DNA of 64,000 nt from Gemmatimonadota bacterium (GTDB lineage: Bacteria; Gemmatimonadota; Gemmatimonadetes; Palauibacterales; Palauibacteraceae), in NCBI GenBank assembly GCA_021295785.1, contig JAGWBR010000011.1, forward strand, positions 37,839 through 101,838, in the 5' to 3' direction. How positions within the stretch are numbered: the first letter of the stretch is position 1; each line of letters starts with the position of its first letter. The translations under genes were made by a program, and so were the position numbers. Under the pieces are notes generated by a model, which was not told where the DNA came from, ran no database searches, and worked only from the letters and a program-made list of their open reading frames with translations. Shown piece after piece: positions 1-8,587 of the stretch.

Positions 1-533
1 GGCGTCACGATCCATTCGTAGTGGACCCCGTCGATCTGCATGAACGGCGAGACGTGGAACCGCTTGTCCACACGTGAACGGACCGCCTGCCCCCCCACCG
101 GATCGCTGCCGTCGAGCAGATAGCAGTATGCCTCGCCGAAGGTGTTGGAGACCTCGGCCACCGTGAAGCGGAGCCCGCCCGCACCGTCCAGAAAAAAGAA
201 GTAAGACACCGGGTTGAAAACGTAGCCGAGAACGCGGGGGTTAGTGAGCAGCATGACCCGCGAGTCACCCAGGTCGCGTCCCTGCGCGCGCAGCCAGCGA
301 GCGAGCTTGTCTCGCAACGGTTCGTCCGTGCCCCCCATATGGTCCCGGTCGTGAAACGAGATGAGTCCGGCGCGGTTATAGCCGAAGAACCCGATCTCGC
401 GATCGAGCGCCGCAAGTTCGGAGAGGTCCAGGAGCAACTGGTAGACCCTGTACTGGAACGAGTTATGACGAGGCACGCGGCGCCGGTGCCGGACCGTGCC
501 CAAGTAGAGCCCGGAGCGAAGCGGATTGCTCAT
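1..533 (-). CDS. DUF1365 family protein (runs off window edge)
   Basis: Manual translation from ATG at 533 (ATGA overlap with the upstream stop): MSNPLRSGLYLGTVRHRRRVPRHNSFQYRVYQLLLDLSEL...GYVFNPVSYFF. Typical DUF1365 motifs and usual position next to the oxidoreductase. Not in the ORF track because it has no stop in the window. Confidence 0.85.
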   Translation of the reverse strand, partial: MSNPLRSGLYLGTVRHRRRVPRHNSFQYRVYQLLLDLSELAALDREIGFFGYNRAGLISFHDRDHMGGTDEPLRDKLARWLRAQGRDLGDSRVMLLTNPRVLGYVFNPVSYFFFLDGAGGLRFTVAEVSNTFGEAYCYLLDGSDPVGGQAVRSRVDKRFHVSPFMQIDGVHYEWIVT

Positions 534-1771
534 TCGAACCTCCCGCCGAGTTGTTCGGCAGCCACGACCGCCGATCGCAACCCGTCCTCGTGGAAGCCGA
601 AGCCGAGGTAGGCGCCGCAGAAATACGTGCCACGCCGGCCGTTGAGCGCGGAAATGGCCGACTGGGTGGAGGCCGACGCCACCGTATAGACCGGATGGGT
701 ATAGCTGACGCGATCGTGGGCGTGGTTCGGGGGCCGCGGAGGGTTCAAGGTGACGAGAAAGGGCGTGGCCGGATCGAGGCCTTGAAGACGGTTGAGGTTG
801 TACGTCATGGTAGTTGCCGGGGAGGGGTTCCGACAATCGCCAACATGATAGTTCCAGGAGGCCCGCGCCGCCGCGCGCGAGGGCAGGTACCCGGGATCGG
901 AGTGGATCCAGGTATCGTTGGTCGCGTACCGCCATGCGCCCAGTAATTCCCGTTCGGTGTCGGAGGGTTCCCGCAGGAGGGCGAGGGCCTCGTCGGCGTG
1001 CGTGGCCAGGATGACCCGGTCGAACTCCTGGCTGGCGCCGTCCGCGAAGTGCAGCCGGCAAGCCGTCTCCCCGCGAACCACTGAACTGACCGGGAGGCCC
1101 GTGTGGACACGCCCCTCTAGCCGACCCAGCATCGCTTCCACGTAGGTCCTGCTTCCCCCGGGGATCGACCGCCACTGGAGCCGCCCGCGTAACTGGAAGA
1201 GTCCGTGACGGCGAAAGAAGTCGACGAACCTCGCGGCCGGAAACCCGGTCACGGTTGGAATCCCCGTCGACCACAGCGCCGAAGCCAAGGGATAGGCATA
1301 GTGACGCCCAAGCACCTCCGAACCGGCCTGTGCGACGAGATCACGCAACGTCCGACCATCCCAGGTGGCGCCGCCCCGCCGGCCGGCGGCGTGAAATCGC
1401 CGGATCTGCGCCAGGAATCTCAGAAATCCCGGTCGAAACGCATTATGCGGATCGGCGAAGACCCCCTTCACACCCAACCCGCTGTACACCACCCGGCATC
1501 GCTCGCACTCGAAAGAGAACGACATGTCGCTCGGTCTGGAGCGCACCCCGAGCGCCGCAAAGAGTCTCGCCAAGAGGGGATAGGTCTCCTCGTTGTAGAC
1601 GATGAACCCGGAGTCGACCGCGATGGAGCCCCAGGGTCCGGCGACCCGGTGGGTGTGGGTGTGGCCGCCGATTCGCGTCTCGCGCTCGAAGACGTGCAGG
1701 TCATGTTTCGGGGCGAGCAGCCAGGCCGCTCCGAGACCCGAGATACCGGTTCCGACAACAGCTATCCTCAT
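530..1771 (-). CDS. FAD-dependent oxidoreductase (amine oxidase / COG2907 type, cfa-cluster associated)
   Basis: N-terminal GTGISG dinucleotide-binding motif, VDSGFIVYN..YP, C-terminal GAYLGFGFHEDGL. Confidence 0.9.
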   Translation of the reverse strand: MRIAVVGTGISGLGAAWLLAPKHDLHVFERETRIGGHTHTHRVAGPWGSIAVDSGFIVYNEETYPLLARLFAALGVRSRPSDMSFSFECERCRVVYSGLGVKGVFADPHNAFRPGFLRFLAQIRRFHAAGRRGGATWDGRTLRDLVAQAGSEVLGRHYAYPLASALWSTGIPTVTGFPAARFVDFFRRHGLFQLRGRLQWRSIPGGSRTYVEAMLGRLEGRVHTGLPVSSVVRGETACRLHFADGASQEFDRVILATHADEALALLREPSDTERELLGAWRYATNDTWIHSDPGYLPSRAAARASWNYHVGDCRNPSPATTMTYNLNRLQGLDPATPFLVTLNPPRPPNHAHDRVSYTHPVYTVASASTQSAISALNGRRGTYFCGAYLGFGFHEDGLRSAVVAAEQLGGRFE

Positions 1772-1791
1772 TTCCAGAACATAGTCGATAT

Positions 1792-1960
1792 TACGGTGAG
1801 TCCCGCCGCTCTTCCCGCCGCCCCGTCAGCCCGGTCTCGCGCCCGTCGGGGGTCCACAGCCACAGGTTGTGGTCCCGGATGAACACCCACCGCCACCTCG
1901 GTCCCCCCGGCGACCGAACTGCGGTACCAGAACAGCCCCGGCCGCATATTGGGGCTGTTA
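1792..1960 (-). pseudogene. Possible remnant of a DPP-IV/S9 peptidase N-terminal region
   Basis: Two frames give FWYRSSVAGG and VFIRDHNLWLWTPDGRETGLT, resembling separate motifs of DPP-IV N-terminal propellers (recalled from memory). Confidence 0.4.
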
Positions 1961-2056
1961 CCGGAAAGTGCGATTTTCGTGAACTTCTTGCGGGCGGCAG
2001 TGAATCCGCGGGAAACTGTCATGGGACCCGGTCCATTTGGGAGGAATGCGGCAATA

Positions 2057-2359
2057 ATGAAAGTGGTTCTGATGAGCGGCCCGGACGCCGAAACGCTGCG
2101 TCGCCTGGGCCGGCAACTGGTGGAGGAAAGGCTCGCGGCCTGTGTGACCGTTCTGCCGGAGGCTGTGTCGGTCTACCGGTGGGAGGGCGAATTGCGTGAA
2201 GAGGACGAAGCGATGGCGATCGCCAAGACCGCCCACCCGGACCGTCTGGTCCAAAGAGCCGCGGAGCTCCATCCGTATGACACCCCCGAGGTCCTGGTAC
2301 TGCCCGTGGAGTCGGGGCTCGACCGCTATATCGACTGGGTGCGGTCAGCGGGAGGTTGA
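2057..2359 (+). CDS. cutA: Divalent-cation tolerance protein CutA
   Basis: LVEERLAAC, SVYRWEG, HPYDTPE motifs; 100 aa from ATG 2057. Confidence 0.93.
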   Translation: MKVVLMSGPDAETLRRLGRQLVEERLAACVTVLPEAVSVYRWEGELREEDEAMAIAKTAHPDRLVQRAAELHPYDTPEVLVLPVESGLDRYIDWVRSAGG

Positions 2360-3130
2360 AAACAACGGTTTCTTGCCTCCGGCGGGTCCGTCGCGGTCTG
2401 TCTGGTACCACCGCCAAAAACACACACCGGTCGCGGTCCACAGAACAATACCGCCCCCGATCCGCATCAACAGACCGGCCATCCGCTGGTCTTCCGCCGA
2501 CGAAAGCGGGCCGACGGGCGGGGCCAGTTCGTAGGTGGCGTAGAACGGGAGTTCGGCGAAAGTGAGGAAGATGTAGGGGAGCGTCAGCAGAACCGTGCTC
2601 GCCAGCAGATAGACGGCCTGCATTCCGAAGTGCATGGGCCGCGCCGGGCGCACGAGAGGTGCCCAGAACGCCAGCCCGGCCGCCAACCACACGATGTCAA
2701 ACGCGAACGACCCCGTTTGGGTGGCCATCATCCCGTCCACGATCGCCGGCCAGTGCGTGGCGACCACCACCGTGTGGAACACGGCGAGGCCGACTCCGGG
2801 TCGCACCGGAAGGCGCACCCGGGCCGGCAGCCCGGTCAGCAGCAGGGGCGGAGCGACAAGGGCGATCAGCAGGAACTGCACCATGTGGACCCAGGCCAGA
2901 TAACCGGATCCCAGCGCGCCAACAGGCCAGTCCAGGGCGATCCAGAGGGTCAGAACGCCCAGACCGAAACTCGCTTTCCGTAGCAGCCACCGCGGCCCGG
3001 CGTCGTACCAAGGGCGGGCCGCGGCGAGCCAGTAGCTGCCGGCGAGGGCTCCGACGAACAGCCAGACGCCGGGATATGCCTGCCACTGCCAAGACCACGC
3101 AGCGCCCTGGGCGGCGCACCACCACCTCAC
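2345..3130 (-). CDS. Cytochrome c oxidase assembly protein (Caa3_CtaG family)
   Basis: Multi-TM protein with HMVQFLL..APPLLL, HWP and DQRMAGLLM motifs. Confidence 0.85.
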   Translation of the reverse strand: MRWWCAAQGAAWSWQWQAYPGVWLFVGALAGSYWLAAARPWYDAGPRWLLRKASFGLGVLTLWIALDWPVGALGSGYLAWVHMVQFLLIALVAPPLLLTGLPARVRLPVRPGVGLAVFHTVVVATHWPAIVDGMMATQTGSFAFDIVWLAAGLAFWAPLVRPARPMHFGMQAVYLLASTVLLTLPYIFLTFAELPFYATYELAPPVGPLSSAEDQRMAGLLMRIGGGIVLWTATGVCFWRWYQTDRDGPAGGKKPLFSTSR

Positions 3131-3819
3131 CCTCCGTTGCCGTCGCCAGCCGCCCGGGAGATCATGATCGGCAAGTCATGCCGCCAGTCGGTTTGACGCA
3201 CGCCCATGGGATACATCGCACGCACCGAGTCTCCGTAGACCGCGACCACCGGGGTGGCGTGACCGGGCTCGCCCCCGGGCGACATGACCGAAGGCGGCAG
3301 CCCCAGCGCCACCTGAACTGCGTTGACGGAGTCCAGATCATCACGAAGGCCGATGAACCGCCGGTCAAAGGTGTCGAGCCACTGCCGGATCTGCTCGGGC
3401 GTGTCGCGCTCCGGGTCGACGCTGGCGAACACCACCCGCACCCGGGACCGCTCAGCGTGCGACAGGTTAGACAACGCCTGGCTCAATACCGCCATTTGGA
3501 CGGGGCAAATGTCGGGGCAGTTGGTGAACCCGAAGAAAAACAGCGCGAGCTTGTCGGAGACGTCATCGGGAAAGTCGAACGCCACAGGCTCGGTCCCGGT
3601 CAGCTCGATGCCGGTCAGGGTGAATGGTTCCACGGGCAGCGGCCTGTCAAGCTCAAGCCCCCTCAGCCCGGCCCGTCCTTCGGTGCGATCGAATCCGCCG
3701 CCCACCGCTTCCGAGTCGGACTCGGAGGCCGGCCCGCAGGCGGAAGCCGCGACCGCCGCCACAAGTGCAAACAGGGCCGCCATCACCCGGGGGAAACGAA
3801 CCTGCCTCGGTGTCTTCAA
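3127..3819 (-). CDS. SCO family copper chaperone lipoprotein
   Basis: FGFTNCPDICP (CxxxC), SVDPERDTPE, distal His, lipobox ASAC. TTG 3819 overlaps the DUF445 stop; ATG 3783 is an alternative start. Confidence 0.9.
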   Translation of the reverse strand: MKTPRQVRFPRVMAALFALVAAVAASACGPASESDSEAVGGGFDRTEGRAGLRGLELDRPLPVEPFTLTGIELTGTEPVAFDFPDDVSDKLALFFFGFTNCPDICPVQMAVLSQALSNLSHAERSRVRVVFASVDPERDTPEQIRQWLDTFDRRFIGLRDDLDSVNAVQVALGLPPSVMSPGGEPGHATPVVAVYGDSVRAMYPMGVRQTDWRHDLPIMISRAAGDGNGG

Positions 3820-4748
3820 GGGAAGAGCCTCCCGCCATAGTTCATGAGCACCACCATGCCTCCCGCCGCCGCTCCGATCACGTACCCCAGGCGGACGATG
3901 ATCTGAAGCTCGCTTCGGCCCAACCCGTGGATCAGGGATCCGAGTTTGTCGGGGGGTAGGGCATTCACGTTGTCGGCAATCCGGTCGGCCACCTGAATCC
4001 GTTGGGCAATGCGCGGTACCTGCGTGGCTACCCACTCCCAGGCGCCGGGCCCGATCGACTCGGCTGCCCTGAAGGCGGCTTCCGGCCCCACGTACCGGTC
4101 CAAACGCCCGATGGGTTTGCTGAGGAAACTGTCAACCAGATTCACCGCCGCGGTCTGGGAAAGCGCCCTGGCGGTTCCAGAGTTGAGCAGCGCTGCCAGC
4201 CAGCCGGCTATCCTGTCGGGTGGCACCAGATGAAGCATCTCCGTCCACCCCGATTTCGGAGACTTGCCGGCGGCCGACCGAAGCCACTCCACGAGAGCCT
4301 GCCTCGAGGCCGCGTCCCTGGCCTGGGCGGTCTCCTTCAATTGGACCACCGCGGCATCGCGACCCTTTGCAAGCAGATTGACCAGCACAAACCTGACCTC
4401 TTGGAGAGCCGGTTCGGGGATGATCTCTGCCAGAGGGGGATGCGACTCCGAAACGAGGTCGGACATCATTTCGCGCAGCCGCGCCAGGAACTCCTCCTCC
4501 AACCCGCGGAGCTCGTCCTTGATGTCAGAAGACGTCAGCAGTGAACCGCTCACCGTATTCCCGATGGAGGCCGCCAACCGGTCCTGGTTCTTGGGAATTG
4601 CGCCCTGGAGCCATTTCACTTCCCGCCCGAAGATCCGGGGGGGAACGCTGGGCTTGAACAGCATGGTTACCGCAATCCGGTTGGTTACGCCCCCGGTCAG
4701 CGAGGCCGCCAGGATGGTGATGCCGGCGGTGAGCCAGTCAAATTCCAC
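3816..4748 (-). CDS. DUF445 family membrane protein
   Basis: GGVTNRIAVTMLFKP...QGAIPKNQDRLA at the N-terminus and ELQIIVRLGYVIG at the C-terminus. Confidence 0.85.
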   Translation of the reverse strand: MEFDWLTAGITILAASLTGGVTNRIAVTMLFKPSVPPRIFGREVKWLQGAIPKNQDRLAASIGNTVSGSLLTSSDIKDELRGLEEEFLARLREMMSDLVSESHPPLAEIIPEPALQEVRFVLVNLLAKGRDAAVVQLKETAQARDAASRQALVEWLRSAAGKSPKSGWTEMLHLVPPDRIAGWLAALLNSGTARALSQTAAVNLVDSFLSKPIGRLDRYVGPEAAFRAAESIGPGAWEWVATQVPRIAQRIQVADRIADNVNALPPDKLGSLIHGLGRSELQIIVRLGYVIGAAAGGMVVLMNYGGRLFP

Positions 4749-4780
4749 GCACGCCCCTCAAGTGCGGTGCCACGCGGTTC

Positions 4781-5743
4781 TCACGGCAGCGCCAGTCCGG
4801 CGGTAAGTCCGCGCACCGCAAAGTCCGCGCCGTCCGCGTCCACTCGTACCGTGCCCCGCAGGGCAGCCAGGCCCGGTCCGCCCCCGGTGCCCCCGGTCCG
4901 CCCCTGGCCGTCTAGCTGCAGCTCGCCCGACAATCCGATTTCGGGAAAGGAGAAGGTCCATTGATCGGGCCCGCCGGCCAGTTCGATTTCCGCTGCCTCT
5001 GTCTCGGTGCCGGCAAAGAAGGCGTGCCCGGTGGAAGGGGCCCGGCCGAGCCCTTCGTAAAGGATAATCGAACGGTCCTCCCCTGCCGTGAGCAGGAACA
5101 CGCGTGCGACCGACCGGCTTCGCGGCAGGTCAAGCTGCTGGGCTCCCCTTCGGAAGAACGCCAACCCGGAAAACACCTCGCCGGCGTGCTCCAGGCTGGC
5201 GCTGGCCAACCACTCTCCCTGCCCCGTGGGGCTGGGCCAGGTGCCCAGGCGGCTCAGAAAGGTCAACCGGACTCCCCCGCCCGGAGCATCCGTGCGAAGC
5301 GCGGCCAGCGACCCGTCTCCTTCCACTCCGACCGCCAGGCCCTGGGAAGGGAGGATCCGCCAGGCGGCCCGGGAAGCGGGAAGCGTGTCGGATACGCCCA
5401 AGGTCTGCTGCCAGATACCACCAAGGCGCGTCCAGGCAGCGTAGTCGGTAGCGAGCACGCCACCGGAGACGGACTGATCGAAAACGCCCAAAAAAGCGGG
5501 TCCTTCGGGAGCCACGAACATCAGGTGGGCCAAGTACCGTGATGCGGGTTCTGCAACGGCGACACGCTCTTCCTGGTTGTTGTCTGGATTCCCGGGCGCG
5601 CCGTCGGCATCGCCGCCGCAACCGGCTGCCACTACAAAGGCGACCCGCGCGGCACCCCGCGCCGTCCGGCGTACGGGGCCGCGCCCGGGCTGCCCGTGCG
5701 CGGCAATCACCAAAGGCGCATTACGCGCTGACCCGCCGGTCAA
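4781..5743 (-). CDS. Hypothetical protein, probable lipoprotein
   Basis: 320-aa ORF co-oriented with neighbours; hydrophobic stretch ending AAGC. Start uncertain. Confidence 0.6.
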   Translation of the reverse strand: MTGGSARNAPLVIAAHGQPGRGPVRRTARGAARVAFVVAAGCGGDADGAPGNPDNNQEERVAVAEPASRYLAHLMFVAPEGPAFLGVFDQSVSGGVLATDYAAWTRLGGIWQQTLGVSDTLPASRAAWRILPSQGLAVGVEGDGSLAALRTDAPGGGVRLTFLSRLGTWPSPTGQGEWLASASLEHAGEVFSGLAFFRRGAQQLDLPRSRSVARVFLLTAGEDRSIILYEGLGRAPSTGHAFFAGTETEAAEIELAGGPDQWTFSFPEIGLSGELQLDGQGRTGGTGGGPGLAALRGTVRVDADGADFAVRGLTAGLALP

Positions 5744-6056
5744 GATTCGCCAAGAAGGCCTTAACCAGCCGGGCGGAGTGTTCGGGGCGCGGCTTCATCG
5801 TGGCGGTTGCGGTCGCGGTCACTTGGGTAAGGCCGTTGTGGTCCAGCGAAACGCGAACCCGCACATCGTTCTTGTTCTTCCCCCGGAGTCCTGTCGCGCG
5901 GGTGGCCCAGATTTCCCCCACTTCCTCGTCTGCCTGCACCAGCTCCCAGCGGCGTTTCGAGGCGATGTGGTCGAGCACCGCATCCCAGACGGATGCGAAC
6001 GAAATCAGGTAGACTCTTGTCAGGCCTGCGCCCGCCCCGGAACTTGGTTCGATCAT
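5721..6056 (-). CDS. DUF1499-like small protein
   Basis: W-LV-ADE--GEIWAT...DVRVRVSLD..TQV pattern resembles DUF1499. Start uncertain. Confidence 0.55.
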   Translation of the reverse strand: MIEPSSGAGAGLTRVYLISFASVWDAVLDHIASKRRWELVQADEEVGEIWATRATGLRGKNKNDVRVRVSLDHNGLTQVTATATATMKPRPEHSARLVKAFLANLDRRVSA

Positions 6057-7020
6057 GCAGGCCATTATACCGCTAGCGGGCAAGGGCACAAGAGTCCGGC
6101 CACATACCCACTCCCGGGCGAAACCCCTGCTGAGGGTGGCGAATCGCCCGGTCCTGTCCTACATAATCGAACAGCTTCGGGCGGAGGGCGTGGACGAGGT
6201 GATCGCCGTCACCGGTCACCTCGGCGGGCAGGTCGAGCAGTGGCTTCGGGCGCAGTTCCCGAACCTTCTGGTCCGTGTCGTCCCCCAGGCAGAGCAGAGG
6301 GGCACGGCCGACGCCATTGCGGTTGCCGAACCGTGGGTGACGGGGCCGAGTTTCATCGCGTTCGCCGATACGCTATTCGACGCCGATTTTTCCGCCGTGC
6401 GCCGGTTCAGGGGTGCCGATGCGATATTCTGGACCCGCGAAACCGATGACTGGAGCAGTTTCGGTGTTGCGGTTGCCGACGCGGGGGGACGCATCCGGAG
6501 GCTCGTCGAGAAACCGACCGAGCTTGTGTCGCGGCTGGTCACGATTGGGCTGTTCCTGGTATCGGACCATCGGCTCATGTTTGAGGGTGTGCACGACGTA
6601 CTGTCGCGTCCTCCGAATCGGGGGGAATATTATTTGACCGACGCCTTCCAGTACATGATAGACCAGGGCGCTGACATTCGGACCGCCCCCGCCCGGGGAT
6701 GGCATGACTGCGGCACGGTCGGGGGACTTCTTGACACGAACAGGATCATGCTCGACCGGGGGCATGGGATCCTGCGGCAAGACGGGCCCCCGCTGGTCGC
6801 TCTGGCGGAAGGCGTGGAGACCAGCGGGTCCCGGATGGGTCCTTACGTCAGCGTGGCGGAAAACACCCGGGTGCGGGGGTCGCGGCTGCAAAACACCATC
6901 GTCGGTTCGGACTGCGTGATTGAGGACTGCGACCTCAGGGACTCGGTGATTGGTGACCACGTGAAGCTCCGGGGGGTCTCGGGCACGACCAACATCGGTG
7001 ATCACGGGGAAGTCTCCTGA
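6055..7020 (+). CDS. Sugar-phosphate nucleotidyltransferase (glucose-1-phosphate thymidylyltransferase-like, with hexapeptide tail)
   Basis: AIIPLAGKGTRVRP..KPLL, EKP, GEYYLTDA, WHDCG motifs; C-terminal beta-helix repeats. Confidence 0.9.
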   Translation: MQAIIPLAGKGTRVRPHTHSRAKPLLRVANRPVLSYIIEQLRAEGVDEVIAVTGHLGGQVEQWLRAQFPNLLVRVVPQAEQRGTADAIAVAEPWVTGPSFIAFADTLFDADFSAVRRFRGADAIFWTRETDDWSSFGVAVADAGGRIRRLVEKPTELVSRLVTIGLFLVSDHRLMFEGVHDVLSRPPNRGEYYLTDAFQYMIDQGADIRTAPARGWHDCGTVGGLLDTNRIMLDRGHGILRQDGPPLVALAEGVETSGSRMGPYVSVAENTRVRGSRLQNTIVGSDCVIEDCDLRDSVIGDHVKLRGVSGTTNIGDHGEVS

Positions 7021-8282
7021 CCGCTCCGAAGGAGATTTCCGGCCCGTCCGACCTGATCCACGACTGGAACCGGGAGGGGGGCGGTTTTGACTACTCGTCG
7101 GCCGCGGTGGAACTCAACGACGAGACGCTGAGAGACGGTCTCCAGAGCCCGTCGGTCCGGGACCCCGGCATCGAAGAAAAGAAGGCCCTGTTGCACTGCA
7201 TGGACGGGCTCGGCATTGAGGCCGCCGACATCGGCCTGCCGGGCGCCGGGCCCCGGGCCAACGAGGCGGCCCGCACGCTGGCCGTGGAAATCGCGCGGAC
7301 GAACTTGTCCATCAAGCCGAACTGCGCCGCTCGCACGGTGATCAGCGACATCGAGCCGATCGCGCGCATCCAGCAGGCGGCGGGGATACCGCTGGAGGTA
7401 GCCACATTCATCGGCAGTTCCCCGGTCCGTCAGTACGCCGAGGACTGGAACATCGACCAGATCCTCCAACACACGCACCGGGCCGTGTCGTACGCGGCGG
7501 GCGAGGGGCTGGACGTGATGTACGTGACGGAAGACACCACCCGTTCGCGACCCCGCACCCTTGACAAGCTGTTTCGGACGGCGATCGAGGCGGGCGCCAA
7601 GCGCATTTGTCTGGCCGACACGGTGGGGCACGCAACGCCCCGGGGGGTGCGGCAGCTGGTGCGGTTCGCCCGGGGCGTGGCGGCGGCAACGGAAGAACCC
7701 GTGCTGGTGGACTGGCACGGACACCGCGATCGGGGCCTGGGCCTGGCAAACGCGCTGGCGGCGATTGAGGAAGGCGTGAGCCGCGTGCACGCCACGGCGC
7801 TGGGCATTGGCGAGCGGGTGGGTAACACCGAGATGGACCTGATGCTGGTGAACCTGTATCTGCTCGGGGTGCGCTCGCGGCCGCTGACCCGGCTCGACGA
7901 GTACTGCCGGCTGGCTTCGGAGATGTGCGGAGTCGAAATCGGTCCGGCCTATCCCGTGGTGGGAAGAGATGCGTTCCGGACGGGCACCGGCGTCCACGCC
8001 GCGGCGATCATCAAGGCGATGAAGAAGGGAGATTCGTGGCTCCAGGATTTGGTGTACAGCGGCGTGCCGGCGTCGCTTGTCGGCAGGGAACAGCAGGTTG
8101 AGGTGTCGCCGGTGTCTGGTCTTAGCAACGTGCGGTTCTGGCTGGAAGTGAACGGATACGATTCTGACGATGACCATCTCTGCCAGGCGGTTTTCGGATT
8201 GGCCAAGCGGACGGACCACGCGCTGACCGACGAGGAAATCGAGGCCGAACTGGCGGCCGTGGGCGCGGAACCGTCCGAGTGA
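7017..8282 (+). CDS. LeuA/homocitrate-synthase-like DRE-TIM metallolyase without regulatory domain
   Basis: DETLRDGLQ, DTVG, HGHRDRG, GIGERVGN motifs. Start is CTG 7017 (inferred) or GTG 7107. Confidence 0.85.
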   Translation: MTAPKEISGPSDLIHDWNREGGGFDYSSAAVELNDETLRDGLQSPSVRDPGIEEKKALLHCMDGLGIEAADIGLPGAGPRANEAARTLAVEIARTNLSIKPNCAARTVISDIEPIARIQQAAGIPLEVATFIGSSPVRQYAEDWNIDQILQHTHRAVSYAAGEGLDVMYVTEDTTRSRPRTLDKLFRTAIEAGAKRICLADTVGHATPRGVRQLVRFARGVAAATEEPVLVDWHGHRDRGLGLANALAAIEEGVSRVHATALGIGERVGNTEMDLMLVNLYLLGVRSRPLTRLDEYCRLASEMCGVEIGPAYPVVGRDAFRTGTGVHAAAIIKAMKKGDSWLQDLVYSGVPASLVGREQQVEVSPVSGLSNVRFWLEVNGYDSDDDHLCQAVFGLAKRTDHALTDEEIEAELAAVGAEPSE

Positions 8283-8587
8283 AGACGGTGACCCGTCACA
8301 TCGGCAGTCACTTCGTGGCGCTCGTGGTCACTCTGCCCTTCGCCATTTGGATTTCTCGCGTGGCGACCACCGACGTGTTGCAGCCGGGTGCGTGGGCGCT
8401 TCCGCTTGTGGCGGCCTATTACCTGGGAATGCGCATTGGCGGAGAACTGATGAAGGGCTACGCCCGCTGGCGGACCGCCGACCGGCGCGACCGGTTCAGT
8501 CCCGGACGCGGGCGAAACGAAGGCAACGGCGATGACGACGGCGACCAGGAACCCAAATTGAGGATGAGATGGCGTTCGAAGGAGTAG
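8279..8587 (+). CDS. Small hypothetical membrane protein
   Basis: GTGA overlap with the upstream gene, overlaps the downstream start, two hydrophobic segments. Confidence 0.6.
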   Translation: MKTVTRHIGSHFVALVVTLPFAIWISRVATTDVLQPGAWALPLVAAYYLGMRIGGELMKGYARWRTADRRDRFSPGRGRNEGNGDDDGDQEPKLRMRWRSKE

